DNA of 64,000 nucleotides from Oceanispirochaeta sp. (lineage in GTDB: Bacteria; Spirochaetota; Spirochaetia; DSM-2461). A model generated the notes under the pieces. The model did no database searches, was not told where the DNA came from, and saw only the letters and a list, made by a program, of their open reading frames with translations. This document shows, one piece after another, positions 21,259-31,302 of the stretch. The stretch is from positions 1,536,001 to 1,600,000 of the forward strand of contig CAXXXD010000002.1 in the NCBI GenBank assembly GCA_963663385.2, written 5' to 3'. A program made the translations under genes and the position numbers. Numbering within the stretch: the stretch's first letter is position 1; each line of letters starts with the position of its first letter.

Positions 21259-21287
21259 TTGACGGGAAGGGTATTATCTTCTAGTTT
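21259..21287 (+). promoter_or_regulatory. Possible internal sigma70-type promoter for the orf-fliA segment
   Basis: TTGACG-N17-TAGTTT immediately after the flhG stop. Confidence 0.45.
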
Positions 21288-21309
21288 TTTAGTATGGGGG
21301 GGTGTCTAT

Positions 21310-21981
21310 CTGAAAACAGGTTCCAATATAGCAATACCGGCATCCCTTACGGGTGGTGCTACGATTCTGTCAATTATCACCGGGGCAGTCAGCGGTGTTT
21401 CTCCCGGGACCATCCTGATCCGTGGTGCGGCAACAGCTGTTCTTAGTTTCGGATTTATTTTTGCCTGTGTCTGGCTTATTAAAACCTTTTTACCGGAATT
21501 GACCGAAGAGGTTGAAAATAAAGACAGCAGGAAGACCGATGACTCCGGAAAAGCCGGTGAAAGCGGGCAGAATGTAAATATCGTTATGCCTGCGGAACCA
21601 CCCGGTGCCGCTTCCGGAATTCCGACTACCCGGGAATTTCCGGAAGAACAGGAATTCAGCGGGTTAACTAATCCCATAGATCAGATGGATAATAAAATTG
21701 CAGAATCTGATGAAAATGTGCATAATAATAAACCGGAAGTGTCTGAAATAAACACTTCCTTTCTCTCAGGCGGGAATCACCTTGATGTCCTTCCCAGTCT
21801 GGATACACTGGATTTAAACACCGGAGCTGTTTCTTCGAATGAAGAGGAAGATCTGACGGTGGAACCTGCTGCTGCGGCAGCTCCGGTTGGCAATGGCAGT
21901 TTTAACGGGAGTAATGATCCCGAAGAAATTGCAAAAGCAGTTAAAACTGTATTGAAAAGAGATCAGCAGGATAGGAAGTAA
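21310..21981 (+). CDS. Hypothetical membrane protein upstream of fliA (two TM helices, acidic linker, DPEEIAKAVKTVL tail); start uncertain, CTG 21310 proposed
   Basis: ORF track 21259..21981; G-rich RBS-like run precedes the in-frame CTG AAA ACA. Confidence 0.75.
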   Translation: MKTGSNIAIPASLTGGATILSIITGAVSGVSPGTILIRGAATAVLSFGFIFACVWLIKTFLPELTEEVENKDSRKTDDSGKAGESGQNVNIVMPAEPPGAASGIPTTREFPEEQEFSGLTNPIDQMDNKIAESDENVHNNKPEVSEINTSFLSGGNHLDVLPSLDTLDLNTGAVSSNEEEDLTVEPAAAAAPVGNGSFNGSNDPEEIAKAVKTVLKRDQQDRK

Positions 21982-21987
21982 TCGTAA

Positions 21988-22776
21988 ATGTCTGAAAAAG
22001 TATTGGAAAATGTGACAGAAGAAGAGTTGTGGAAGGAGTATCGGAAAACGCATAGCCAGAAAATCCGCGATACCCTTATCAGACAATATGCTCCTCTTGT
22101 AAAATATGTTGCAGGTAAAATTTCCGTCGGAATGCCTCAGAATGTTGATTTTGATGATCTGGTGGGTTTCGGTGTATTCGGACTGTTCGATGCTATTGAG
22201 AAGTTTGATCCTGATAAACATGTTAAATTTAAAACCTATGCGGTAACCCGGATCCGGGGAGCCATTTTTGACGAACTCCGGTCCATTGACTGGGTTCCCC
22301 GTTCTGTCAGGCAGAAAACCCGTGAGATAGAGGATACCATTCAGCAACTGGAATCCGATCTGGGACGTTCTGTAACGGATGAGGAAGTGGCCAAAGCAAT
22401 GAATATGTCGCCGGAGCAGTATAACCAGATGGTTTTGAAGGTACGGGGGACATCCATCCTTTCCCTTAATGATGTTTGGTATTCGGGGGATGAGAACGAT
22501 TCGGTTTCCATTCAGGACAGTATTGAATCTCCTGTCAGCCTCCAGCCCGAAACTATTGCAGAAAAAGACGAAATCCGTCGTGTTATTGCAGAAGCAATAC
22601 ATGAACTGCCTGATAAAGAACAGAAGGTTCTTGTCCTCTACTACTATGAAGATCTGACTCTGAAGGAGATAGGCAAAGTCCTGGAAGTTACGGAATCCCG
22701 AATTTCCCAGCTGCATACGAAAGCCATAATGCGTTTGCGCGGGAAACTGACCAATATGAAAAAAGGAATCATGTAG
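21988..22776 (+). CDS. fliA: Flagellar sigma factor FliA (sigma28/WhiG family)
   Basis: [47 protein letters not shown]. Confidence 0.97.
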   Translation: MSEKVLENVTEEELWKEYRKTHSQKIRDTLIRQYAPLVKYVAGKISVGMPQNVDFDDLVGFGVFGLFDAIEKFDPDKHVKFKTYAVTRIRGAIFDELRSIDWVPRSVRQKTREIEDTIQQLESDLGRSVTDEEVAKAMNMSPEQYNQMVLKVRGTSILSLNDVWYSGDENDSVSIQDSIESPVSLQPETIAEKDEIRRVIAEAIHELPDKEQKVLVLYYYEDLTLKEIGKVLEVTESRISQLHTKAIMRLRGKLTNMKKGIM

Positions 22777-22777
22777 C

Positions 22778-24736
22778 ATGATAGGCCAGGATCAGTTTCA
22801 GGAGATTATGCGTGAAATGTCTTTGAATGACAGGGAACGAAAATCTGTTGAAGTGACTGGTAGAACCATAGAAGAAGCTCTCGGGCAGGCCGCCATAGAG
22901 TTGGGAGTTCCCGTCCGGCGTCTGGAATATGAGATGAACCAGAAAGGAAAGAGGGGCTTCCTCGGAATCGGTCATAAAGATTTCTCCCTGACAGTTTACG
23001 AAGGGGAAAAACGGATTGTTACAAATGAAGAAGGGGAGATCATCTTCGAAGATCTGGCGGAAGAGTCCATTGTGGAAGAAGATGTTATCATCAACGGAGA
23101 TTTTTCCGTCCGTCTTACCAACGACGGCGCCTATCTGAAGGTTTCTCCCCCCGACGACAGGGGGACTGCTGTTTCAATGGACCAGATCATGTTTGAGCTG
23201 GCACGGCGGCAGGTTACGGATCTGTTTGAGGAAAAAATCCAGTCCACCGTTGAAAATGCAGATGCCGTATACGTTAAAGTCGGAGATTTTATCTATAATC
23301 CCATAAACGATGCCAGACCGACTTTAGAGGTCAGTGATGATGAAATGAAAGCTCACATCATTGTGGCTGAGCCGGGACCGGGAGGCGCCGATCTGACATC
23401 TTCGGATATCACTTCCTTTCTGCGGAATAACAATGTGGTATACGGTATCCTGGAAGATGCCCTGCTCAGGTTTGAAGATCACCCTGTTTACAATGAACCA
23501 TACCTGATAGCTCAGGGGGAACCGGCGGTAAACGGTAAAAACGCTTCCATCTCCTACCTTTTTGAAGTGGACCCGTCCCAGATAAAGCTGAAACAGAAGA
23601 ACGACGGTACCGTGGATTTCAAGGAGCTGAATCTTATTCAGAATGTTGTTAAAGGACAGCCTCTTGCCAGAAAGATTCCACCGGAAGCCGGAAAAGACGG
23701 CCGGACGGTGTATGGCAAGTACATCCCTGCCAAAGACGGGTCTGATCTGCAGATCGGTCTGGGAAAAAATGTTTCCATTACCGATAACGGCCGGACCGTT
23801 ATTGCTTCGGAAAGCGGTCAGGTCCTTCTGCTTAAGGGTAAGGTTACAGTTGAAACCGTTCTTGTTATTCCGGGGGATGTCAACGCATCCACGGGTAATG
23901 TTAACGGACTGGGTACGGTTATAATCAAGGGGAATGTGGAAGACGGTTTTGAGGTATCCGCACAGGGTAATATTGAAGTTAACGGTTTTGTGGGCAAGTC
24001 CAACCTTAATGCCGGCGGGGATATCGTGGTAAAACGAGGTATCAACGGGGGAGAGGGCGAGTACGGTCATATCTCATCGGGGCTTTCCGTATGGTCCAGT
24101 TTTATTAATAATGCCAGTGTATACGCCGGTGAAAATGTTATCGTCAGTGACGGAATCGTTAATGCCCATGTGGATGCTTCCTCCAAGATCCTCTGCAAGG
24201 GAAAACGGGCCCGGATTGTCGGGGGGGAATTGAAAGCGGCTGAAGAGATCAATGCGGCAACCCTCGGATCGAAGGGAGGCGCCGAGACAATCCTTCGTGT
24301 CGGTTATGATCCCAAAGCCAAGGAAGAGATGAATGAACTGCTCCGGGAACAGGAGGAGCTGGATAAGGAACAGAATGAGATTGATCGCAATCTACAGGGA
24401 TTTATGAAGCAGAAGCGGGCCAGAAAAAAACTCTCCGCAGAAAAGGAGAAGCTGTTTCAGGAACTCAAAGTGCGTCATAACGATCTGATTGATGAGATCG
24501 AGAAGCTGAAGGATGCCATAGAACATAAGAATGAGTATCTATCTGTATTACAGCTGCAGGGAAAAATTTCTGCATCTACAAATGTGAATACAGGTGTTAA
24601 AATATATATAAAGGATGATGAGTACGAAGTTACCAATCCTTATGACTATCCTGTTACCTTTGTCCTTCAGGACGGTTTTATTACTACCGCGAAGTATGAG
24701 GACATTGAGGAGGAAGAGCTGCAGCGGCGGGATTGA
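22778..24736 (+). CDS. fapA: FapA (DUF342) family protein with an N-terminal Jag_N-like domain
   Basis: GRTIEEAL...KGKRGFLGIG N-terminus; GTVDFKEL, GDVNASTGNV beta-helix repeats. Confidence 0.88.
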   Translation: MIGQDQFQEIMREMSLNDRERKSVEVTGRTIEEALGQAAIELGVPVRRLEYEMNQKGKRGFLGIGHKDFSLTVYEGEKRIVTNEEGEIIFEDLAEESIVEEDVIINGDFSVRLTNDGAYLKVSPPDDRGTAVSMDQIMFELARRQVTDLFEEKIQSTVENADAVYVKVGDFIYNPINDARPTLEVSDDEMKAHIIVAEPGPGGADLTSSDITSFLRNNNVVYGILEDALLRFEDHPVYNEPYLIAQGEPAVNGKNASISYLFEVDPSQIKLKQKNDGTVDFKELNLIQNVVKGQPLARKIPPEAGKDGRTVYGKYIPAKDGSDLQIGLGKNVSITDNGRTVIASESGQVLLLKGKVTVETVLVIPGDVNASTGNVNGLGTVIIKGNVEDGFEVSAQGNIEVNGFVGKSNLNAGGDIVVKRGINGGEGEYGHISSGLSVWSSFINNASVYAGENVIVSDGIVNAHVDASSKILCKGKRARIVGGELKAAEEINAATLGSKGGAETILRVGYDPKAKEEMNELLREQEELDKEQNEIDRNLQGFMKQKRARKKLSAEKEKLFQELKVRHNDLIDEIEKLKDAIEHKNEYLSVLQLQGKISASTNVNTGVKIYIKDDEYEVTNPYDYPVTFVLQDGFITTAKYEDIEEEELQRRD

Positions 24737-24760
24737 AAAAATCCGGCTGAGGAGGAGCGT

Positions 24761-25087
24761 ATGTCTATCAAACCTCTTGATCTTCAAACAATGTTTGTCA
24801 GGTTGAATGAGGTCAGCAGAGAACAATCTCAAAGTCAGCATGCGGGAGCCTTGCAGCAGAACGACGAAGCCAGAAAACTTGTGGAGCAGGAATTGCAGCA
24901 GGACAGTTCTGTCAATGCAACAAGAGAGGATAAGGAAAGCAGAAAAGTCGAAGATAAGGAAGCCGGAAGCGGTAAGCAGGAGCAGGAAAAACACCAGGCC
25001 GGGGGCGACGGAAAACCCGAAGAAAAAAGAAAAAAGAAGATTGTTCAGGATCCCGATATGGGAAAACATATAGATATATCCGGATAA
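24761..25087 (+). CDS. Small flagellar-operon hypothetical protein
   Basis: MSIKPLDLQ start and DPDMGKHIDISG end; RBS GAGGAG. Confidence 0.8.
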   Translation: MSIKPLDLQTMFVRLNEVSREQSQSQHAGALQQNDEARKLVEQELQQDSSVNATREDKESRKVEDKEAGSGKQEQEKHQAGGDGKPEEKRKKKIVQDPDMGKHIDISG

Positions 25088-25102
25088 GCATCAGGGAGTA
25101 CT

Positions 25103-25627
25103 ATGACAGGAATTATTCTGGCTGTTGCCGCAGGAGCAATGGCCGGCGGATTTTTATATCTTAGAAACAGAATTGATAAAGCCGTTTCCGGTGATCAGTG
25201 GATCAGCCGGATCCGGGATGAAATAGATGAACTCGTTCTTGAAATGAATCAGACTGCAGAGAGAAACGTCGCTCTCCTGGAAGACCGGATTAAAACCCTG
25301 GAAGCCCTTCTTGAAGAAGCAGACCGCAAGCTCATTATCATGCAGAAGGAATCGGAAAAGTCGGATCTGTCCCGTCAGGTCTATACACACCTAAAGAAAA
25401 AAACAGTGCTTCCGAAAGAAGAACCTTTACAGCGGGAAGGACTGCAGCTGACTCTGGCCGATGAAGAAAGGGAACATGAAAAGGAAAAACCAAAGTCCCT
25501 GAAGGATCAGGTTATGGCGCTTTACAGTCAGGGATTTTCAGCCGATATAATTTCCCAGAAACTGAAAACTACCATTGCCGAAGTGGACCTTATTATATCC
25601 CTCCAGACAGAAGGGGCTGATTTGTGA
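25103..25627 (+). CDS. Membrane-anchored coiled-coil protein with a C-terminal HTH-like motif (DUF6115/SwrB-like)
   Basis: N-terminal TM helix; LYSQGFSADIISQKLKTTIAEVDLIISL tail. Confidence 0.75.
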   Translation: MTGIILAVAAGAMAGGFLYLRNRIDKAVSGDQWISRIRDEIDELVLEMNQTAERNVALLEDRIKTLEALLEEADRKLIIMQKESEKSDLSRQVYTHLKKKTVLPKEEPLQREGLQLTLADEEREHEKEKPKSLKDQVMALYSQGFSADIISQKLKTTIAEVDLIISLQTEGADL

Positions 25628-27486
25628 CGCATTTGAAAGAATTCCTCACCGATGCGAACCCTATTCTGGAGAAATTCCGAAGTCAATTGTCGCTCTGCCG
25701 CAAACAGCTGCCCGAGCAGACTCTGCTGGATGATCTTTTCCGGCACCTTCACTCTCTAAAGTCGGGGGCCGCTTTTTTTCAGCTGAGTGAAGTGGAAAAC
25801 CATATCCATTATATGGAGAGCCTTTTCGACGATATGAAGAAATCTTCCGATGAAGCCAGGTTATTCCGAAAGGCAACGGAACTTTTTGAAGAAATCCCCA
25901 GGCTGGAGGAACTGCTGAAGCAATCCAGTGACGAGGATGCCAGATTCTATGTAGATCAGTCGGATGACCCTATTGAAATCTCCCTTTCCGGCAGGAGCGG
26001 CGGAGATGATCATATAGAACTTTCTCCCTTTCAGAAACAATTGCTGTGGGAGGCGGAGAGACGGGAGGATCAGCTTTTCTGTTTGACTGTACAGATGGAT
26101 CCGGATGAAAGGCTCCCCTATGTACGGGCTTTTCTTATACTGAATAATCTGGAGATCCGCAGTAATGTTATCTATGCTCATCCCGTTCCGGACAGTGAGG
26201 ATCAGGATTATTCAACTTTGACATTTATTCTGACTTCCGATTCGGGGGATTCTCCGGTTTTTGAAGCGGTTAATGTGGATGGCATCCTCCAGACAAGCCT
26301 GGTTCAGATGGATTATTCCCGTTTCAGCAGCGGAAGGAAAGGGAACTCCCATTCGGATATTATGGTTCAGGAAACTCTGGCTCCGGTAATGAGTAAAGTT
26401 GAGCTGGAAGCAGATACACTATCCCGTTTGAAGGAATCCCTTATCGAGATGAAAGAGATTGTACTGCCCCTCCCGCCGGGGCTGCATCAGAAGGAACCTC
26501 TTCTTGGTCTGATCCGCGAGATGGAGCAGGATCTGAGTGAAGTTTCTCTTATCCCCCTGTCTTCTCTTTTTTCCAATTTGAAGCGCTTTATAAAAGATTC
26601 CGGTGAGAGGATGGGTAAAAAGATCAGCTGTGATTTCAGGGGAGGGCAGTTCGGCTTGAGCATCAGAAGCCTGGAACTTGTTTCCCGCGTACTGATACAG
26701 CTGATCCGGAATGCGGTCAGTCATGGGATCGAGTCTCCCTCCCGGAGACTGGAAGCCGGTAAAAACCCGGTAGGCATGATTTCTCTTATTGCCAGGCAGG
26801 AAGGCGCCAGTATAAAGCTGCTCTTTCAGGATGATGGTAAGGGTGTCGATCTGGAAGAAGTGAACCGGAAACTTTCTCTGAATGGAGAAGCCCCGGGAGA
26901 CAGGGATAATCTTCTTCGTATCCTTACCAGGCCGGGATTTTCCACCAATGAGAATCCCGATAGAATGTCCGGCCGAGGAATCGGTCTGGATCTGGTTGCC
27001 CATGATGTAGAGAATGCCCTTGGCGGTTCCCTGGAACTTGAGACGGATCCGGGAAAAGGCACACGGTTTATTCTGACTCTGCCGGGTGAGAGGGATATGA
27101 TTCCCATGATGGTTTTTCAGATGGAAAACCGCCTGCTGGCTCTTCCCAGAAGGAATGTCGCCGGAATTTTCCCAATGGACCGGGAATCTATTGAGCAGAA
27201 GGAGCATAATCTTCTTTACTACAGAATCGGGGAGGATGTGCTGCCTCTTTTCAATTTAAGAGGAATGATCAGCCGCAAGAAACTCAATTTTGTTACCCCC
27301 TATATCCTTGTAGTGCAGCATCTGGGAAGAAAAGCTGTCATGTCTGTAGATGATTTGGTATTGGAGAGGGATATCCCCCGGGATCATTTTATTCTGGGCG
27401 ATCAGAAAGAACCCTTTATCTATGATGTCAGCATTTCCGGAGAACCCGCCGACTTTATGTATCTTTCTCCGGCATTGATTGGATAG
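25624..27486 (+). CDS. Divergent CheA-like histidine kinase (Hpt-P2-short P3-HATPase-CheW-like)
   Basis: LFRHLHSLKS Hpt motif; RNAVSHGIE, DDGKG, PGFST, SGRGIGLD boxes; GTG start overlaps the upstream stop. Confidence 0.88.
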   Translation: MTHLKEFLTDANPILEKFRSQLSLCRKQLPEQTLLDDLFRHLHSLKSGAAFFQLSEVENHIHYMESLFDDMKKSSDEARLFRKATELFEEIPRLEELLKQSSDEDARFYVDQSDDPIEISLSGRSGGDDHIELSPFQKQLLWEAERREDQLFCLTVQMDPDERLPYVRAFLILNNLEIRSNVIYAHPVPDSEDQDYSTLTFILTSDSGDSPVFEAVNVDGILQTSLVQMDYSRFSSGRKGNSHSDIMVQETLAPVMSKVELEADTLSRLKESLIEMKEIVLPLPPGLHQKEPLLGLIREMEQDLSEVSLIPLSSLFSNLKRFIKDSGERMGKKISCDFRGGQFGLSIRSLELVSRVLIQLIRNAVSHGIESPSRRLEAGKNPVGMISLIARQEGASIKLLFQDDGKGVDLEEVNRKLSLNGEAPGDRDNLLRILTRPGFSTNENPDRMSGRGIGLDLVAHDVENALGGSLELETDPGKGTRFILTLPGERDMIPMMVFQMENRLLALPRRNVAGIFPMDRESIEQKEHNLLYYRIGEDVLPLFNLRGMISRKKLNFVTPYILVVQHLGRKAVMSVDDLVLERDIPRDHFILGDQKEPFIYDVSISGEPADFMYLSPALIG

Positions 27487-27490
27487 AACT

Positions 27491-27820
27491 ATGAAAGAAG
27501 TGATTGAATCTGTAATACAGGTAGAAAAGGAATCCGAGACCAGGCTGGCGGATGCCCGCAGAAAGGCTGGAGATATAAAAAAGGAGTGTGACCGGGAGCT
27601 GGCAGAACAGACACGCATTTTCAAGGAAAAAATGACCTCAGCCTATCAGGAAAAAATAGCTTTGGTCCGGGAGCAGCTGGAAAGGGAATACCGTAAAAAA
27701 GTCGACTGTGAAAAGGAGCTTTACAATCATCCGGTGAACCTCAAGGATGAACCCTATAATGCCATAGTAGAAAGTGTTGTAGATATAATTGCCGCTTCCC
27801 CTGTGCCGCAAAGGGAATGA
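27491..27820 (+). CDS. V/A-type ATPase peripheral stalk subunit G/H (putative)
   Basis: Short charged coiled coil (IQVEKESETRLADARRKA) heading the ATPase operon. Confidence 0.7.
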   Translation: MKEVIESVIQVEKESETRLADARRKAGDIKKECDRELAEQTRIFKEKMTSAYQEKIALVREQLEREYRKKVDCEKELYNHPVNLKDEPYNAIVESVVDIIAASPVPQRE

Positions 27821-28830
27821 TACAGAAGTACGCTTTCATTAATGCCAAAGTTAAAGCACGCAGCAGCCTCCGACTGAGTGATGATTTTTTTCACACACTG
27901 GAGCGTACCCGTTCTTTGCCCGAAGCTGTACAGCTCTTCCGGGAAACCCCTTACCGGGAACTGACAACCGTATACAATGATACGGGAGACCTTCGTCTGC
28001 TGGAGAAGGTACTTTTACAGCAGGAGATTGATCTTTATCTTGGTATCCGGCGTTTTCTGCCGGAAGAAGCCGCCGCCTTTTCGGAATCCCTCTTTTTAAA
28101 ATATGAAACCAACAGTTTGAAATTTGCTCTGAGGCTATGGTTTGCCCAGAGTGTCAGGGGGCTGAATATCTCATCCCAGATGGGTTATTTTCTCCCGGTT
28201 GCCATAAGATACACAATTAATTACCCCGGGGTGATCAATGCTTCGGATCCTGAACAGGTTCTGGATCTGCTTTCTTCCACCCCATACGAAGCCGTGCTTA
28301 AACCCTATCTTTATCAATGCCGGCAGGAACAAACTCTTTTTTTCAGCGAATGGGCATTGGACAGCTACTATTACATTCAGGTCCTGAAAGGTCTCTCCCA
28401 TCTGGATCGCCTTGATAGAAAAGAGGCACTCAAGGTTGTCCGGCATCTTTTGGACAGGCAGAATCTGTTAACCATTCTTCTGTTCCGGACCTCTTCGGTT
28501 TTCCCCGGTGAGGATAGAACCCGATACTATCTGGAAGGCGGGGAAAAAATGGACCGGTCCCTTTTTCTGAAATCTCTCGACATGAATGATGCGGAATTCC
28601 GGGATGTTCTTCATAAACTGTTTCCTTCTCTCTCTTTCCGAGAGCTCAATCAGGCTTTTCCCCTTCTCTTTAAAGCGATGGAGAAAGACCTTAACTCCCT
28701 TTCCCGTAAGCTGGCCGCAGGCAATCCTTTTACCATAGGAATTATCCTGTCCTGGTATCTGAAGGGGCAGGAGGAACTGGCCGGAATAAGGAGAATACTC
28801 AACGATAAATATTACGAAGGAGACGGCTGA
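27817..28830 (+). CDS. ntpC: V/A-type ATPase subunit C
   Basis: YAFINAKVKARSS start, PFTIGIILSW...E near the end; operon position. Confidence 0.85.
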   Translation: MIQKYAFINAKVKARSSLRLSDDFFHTLERTRSLPEAVQLFRETPYRELTTVYNDTGDLRLLEKVLLQQEIDLYLGIRRFLPEEAAAFSESLFLKYETNSLKFALRLWFAQSVRGLNISSQMGYFLPVAIRYTINYPGVINASDPEQVLDLLSSTPYEAVLKPYLYQCRQEQTLFFSEWALDSYYYIQVLKGLSHLDRLDRKEALKVVRHLLDRQNLLTILLFRTSSVFPGEDRTRYYLEGGEKMDRSLFLKSLDMNDAEFRDVLHKLFPSLSFRELNQAFPLLFKAMEKDLNSLSRKLAAGNPFTIGIILSWYLKGQEELAGIRRILNDKYYEGDG

Positions 28831-30833
28831 TGTTCTTCCCCGTGAAAATGAAGAAGCTATCTGTAATTGCGGCGGCAGAGTATGCTGATGATGTAACCCG
28901 GGTTCTGCTTAATGCGGGAACTGTGGATATCAGCGAGCCCAAGGAATATAGGGCATGGAATGGTGTAAAAGCCCGGGATGTGGCGATTCCCCAGGACCGG
29001 GTTAGGGATATCCGGCAGAGGATTGAAGGATTCCTGGCTATGGCTGAGGAGAATCCCTTTGAAACAGCCGTTCTGGATACGGAATCCATGATGCCTGTAA
29101 AACCGGAGAACTGCGACAAGGAACTGGATAAACTGGCAGCGGACCTGCAGGTTATACGGGAGAGCCAGAAAAATCTGCAGCAGGACCTGTTCCGCATGGA
29201 AGAACTGAAGGAACAGCTGGAAAAACTGCCTCAGATAGCCCGGGGTGTGGTTCCGGGAGAGAGCGTTTATATATCCATTCATACGGGCGTGCTTAAGAAG
29301 ATACATAAAGAAGCCTTTCTGAAAGCCCTGGACAATCTGAATACCATGTGCAAATGGGAAGATCAGGAAGGGGACTCTACCTTTATGGTCATTGTGGCTC
29401 TTAAAAGGGAAGAGAAGAATCTGGATCAGCTGCTGGAACGTTTTCACTGGACCTCCCGGTCCCTTCCGGCAGAAGCCGGCTCTTCGCCCGATGCCCTTCT
29501 TAACGAATTGAGAATCCGTATTACCGAGTGTCGTGACAGGCAGAATAAACGGAAGGAAGAGGCGAAGGCTCTGATCCTCAGCCGTAAGGAGGCGCTCCTC
29601 AGTCTGTGGCGGAATGTGCGGGTAAATGAATTGTACGATAAAGTTCAGCTTGAATTCGGAGAGACTGGCAGAACCATCCTGTTTACGGGATGGGTCCCTG
29701 CGGGATCGGCGGATAAGGTGGAGAAGAGACTCCGTTCGGTTTGTGCAGACAACCTTTATCTTGAGTGGCTGGATGTGAAAGATATAAAAGAGGTGAAGCG
29801 GGAAGATATACCGGTAGAACTGAATAACCCGGGGTTTCTGAAACCTTTTCAGCTATTGGTTGAGAACTACTCCCTTCCGGCTTATGGTACGATAGATCCC
29901 ACGCCTTTTACTGCTATATCTTTCTTCCTTATGTTCGGTCTTATGTTTGGTGATGTGGGGCAGGGGATTGTTATTATGCTTCTGGGCCTGCTGGGCAGCC
30001 GCCTTACGAAAAATAATACGACCCGTAAAAAGCTGGCTCAGCTGATTGGATGGTGCGGCCTGTCGGCTGTGCTTTTCGGCATCCTTTTCGGATCATGGTT
30101 CGGGTACCCCCTGTTTCCGCCCCTCTGGTTTGATTACCATGGAGTTGTAACAGGCCACTCTTCGGGAAATGCCTATATTGACTCTGTCTACGATATCCTG
30201 GGTCTGACTATCCGGTTCGGTATGGTTATCATTTTTACGGGGCTCTTTCTTAACTGGATTAATCTTTTCAGAAAAAGAGAGTGGATTGATCTTGTACTGG
30301 GCCGGACAGGGCTGCTGGGAGGCTGGATTTATGGCGCCGGCATATATACCGCCTGGGTATTTGTCGCATCCAGTTACAGAACCCTGCCGGATTCAGATCT
30401 GCTGGGGGGAATCCTCGGGGTGCCGGTTATTCTGCTCTTTCTTAAGGAACCCCTGGAAGCATGGCATCATAAGAAACCTTTCCGGCTCTCCATGATAGCG
30501 GACTTCCTGATGGAAGGTCTTGTGCAGATCCTTGAAACTTTCTCGGGATATCTGTCCAATACCCTTTCCTTTATGAGGGTGGCCGGATTGGGTATCGCCC
30601 ATGTCAGTCTGATGATGGCCTTTGCGGAAATGGCTGATCTTACAGACTCTTTCCTGTTCCGTTTTCTGGTTCTGCTGGCTGGAAATATCCTTGTTATCGC
30701 CCTGGAAGGACTCTCTGCCGGGATACAGTCCCTAAGACTGAACTATTATGAGTTTTTCTCAAAGTATTTTACAGGATCGGGCCGGGCATTTTCACCCGTA
30801 AGCCTGGGGCGCAGGAACACGGCAGAAAGTTAG
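28830..30833 (+). CDS. ntpI: V/A-type ATPase subunit I (a)
   Basis: DPTP, MFGLMFGDVGQG, SNTLSFMRVAG, IQSLRLNYYEFFSKY. Confidence 0.96.
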   Translation: MFFPVKMKKLSVIAAAEYADDVTRVLLNAGTVDISEPKEYRAWNGVKARDVAIPQDRVRDIRQRIEGFLAMAEENPFETAVLDTESMMPVKPENCDKELDKLAADLQVIRESQKNLQQDLFRMEELKEQLEKLPQIARGVVPGESVYISIHTGVLKKIHKEAFLKALDNLNTMCKWEDQEGDSTFMVIVALKREEKNLDQLLERFHWTSRSLPAEAGSSPDALLNELRIRITECRDRQNKRKEEAKALILSRKEALLSLWRNVRVNELYDKVQLEFGETGRTILFTGWVPAGSADKVEKRLRSVCADNLYLEWLDVKDIKEVKREDIPVELNNPGFLKPFQLLVENYSLPAYGTIDPTPFTAISFFLMFGLMFGDVGQGIVIMLLGLLGSRLTKNNTTRKKLAQLIGWCGLSAVLFGILFGSWFGYPLFPPLWFDYHGVVTGHSSGNAYIDSVYDILGLTIRFGMVIIFTGLFLNWINLFRKREWIDLVLGRTGLLGGWIYGAGIYTAWVFVASSYRTLPDSDLLGGILGVPVILLFLKEPLEAWHHKKPFRLSMIADFLMEGLVQILETFSGYLSNTLSFMRVAGLGIAHVSLMMAFAEMADLTDSFLFRFLVLLAGNILVIALEGLSAGIQSLRLNYYEFFSKYFTGSGRAFSPVSLGRRNTAES

Positions 30834-30926
30834 AAGTTGTTCCCGGAGGTATCCGGGTGTGTTTTTATGGAAATAACAGGTGCTTTCTTTGATTGAGAGT
30901 ACCTTTAATGATCATGGAGGAATGAA

Positions 30927-31292
30927 GTGAATCAGAATCAGAGTAAATTCAGAACAAGAGTGGGGGGCAGCCTGGTGGGTTTGGCCCTTTTTATGATGCT
31001 TTTCACCCTTTTTACTGTAGTGCCGGTTGCGGCTGAAGACAGCAGCGGAACAGCGGTTATGACAGCCGAAATGGCCAGGGTAAGGCAGTGGGGGTTTATT
31101 GCCGCTGCAGCCGCTTTCGGATTTGGAGCTATCGGGGCCGGAATGGCTATTTCTTCTGTCGGGGCGGCAGCGATGGGCGCCATGAGTGAGAAACCGGAAA
31201 TCGGCGGACAGGCCCTGATTTTTATTGCCCTGGCGGAAGGGCTTGTTGTATTCGGCTTTATTACCGCCCTTATGATACTGGGAAAGTTTTAA
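30927..31292 (+). CDS. ntpK: V/A-type ATPase proteolipid subunit K (c), single hairpin with N-terminal leader
   Basis: GAIGAGMAI...EKPE...ALAEGL with the ion-binding Glu; GTG start. Confidence 0.93.
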   Translation: MNQNQSKFRTRVGGSLVGLALFMMLFTLFTVVPVAAEDSSGTAVMTAEMARVRQWGFIAAAAAFGFGAIGAGMAISSVGAAAMGAMSEKPEIGGQALIFIALAEGLVVFGFITALMILGKF

Positions 31293-31302
31293 ATCAGGGC
31301 AT

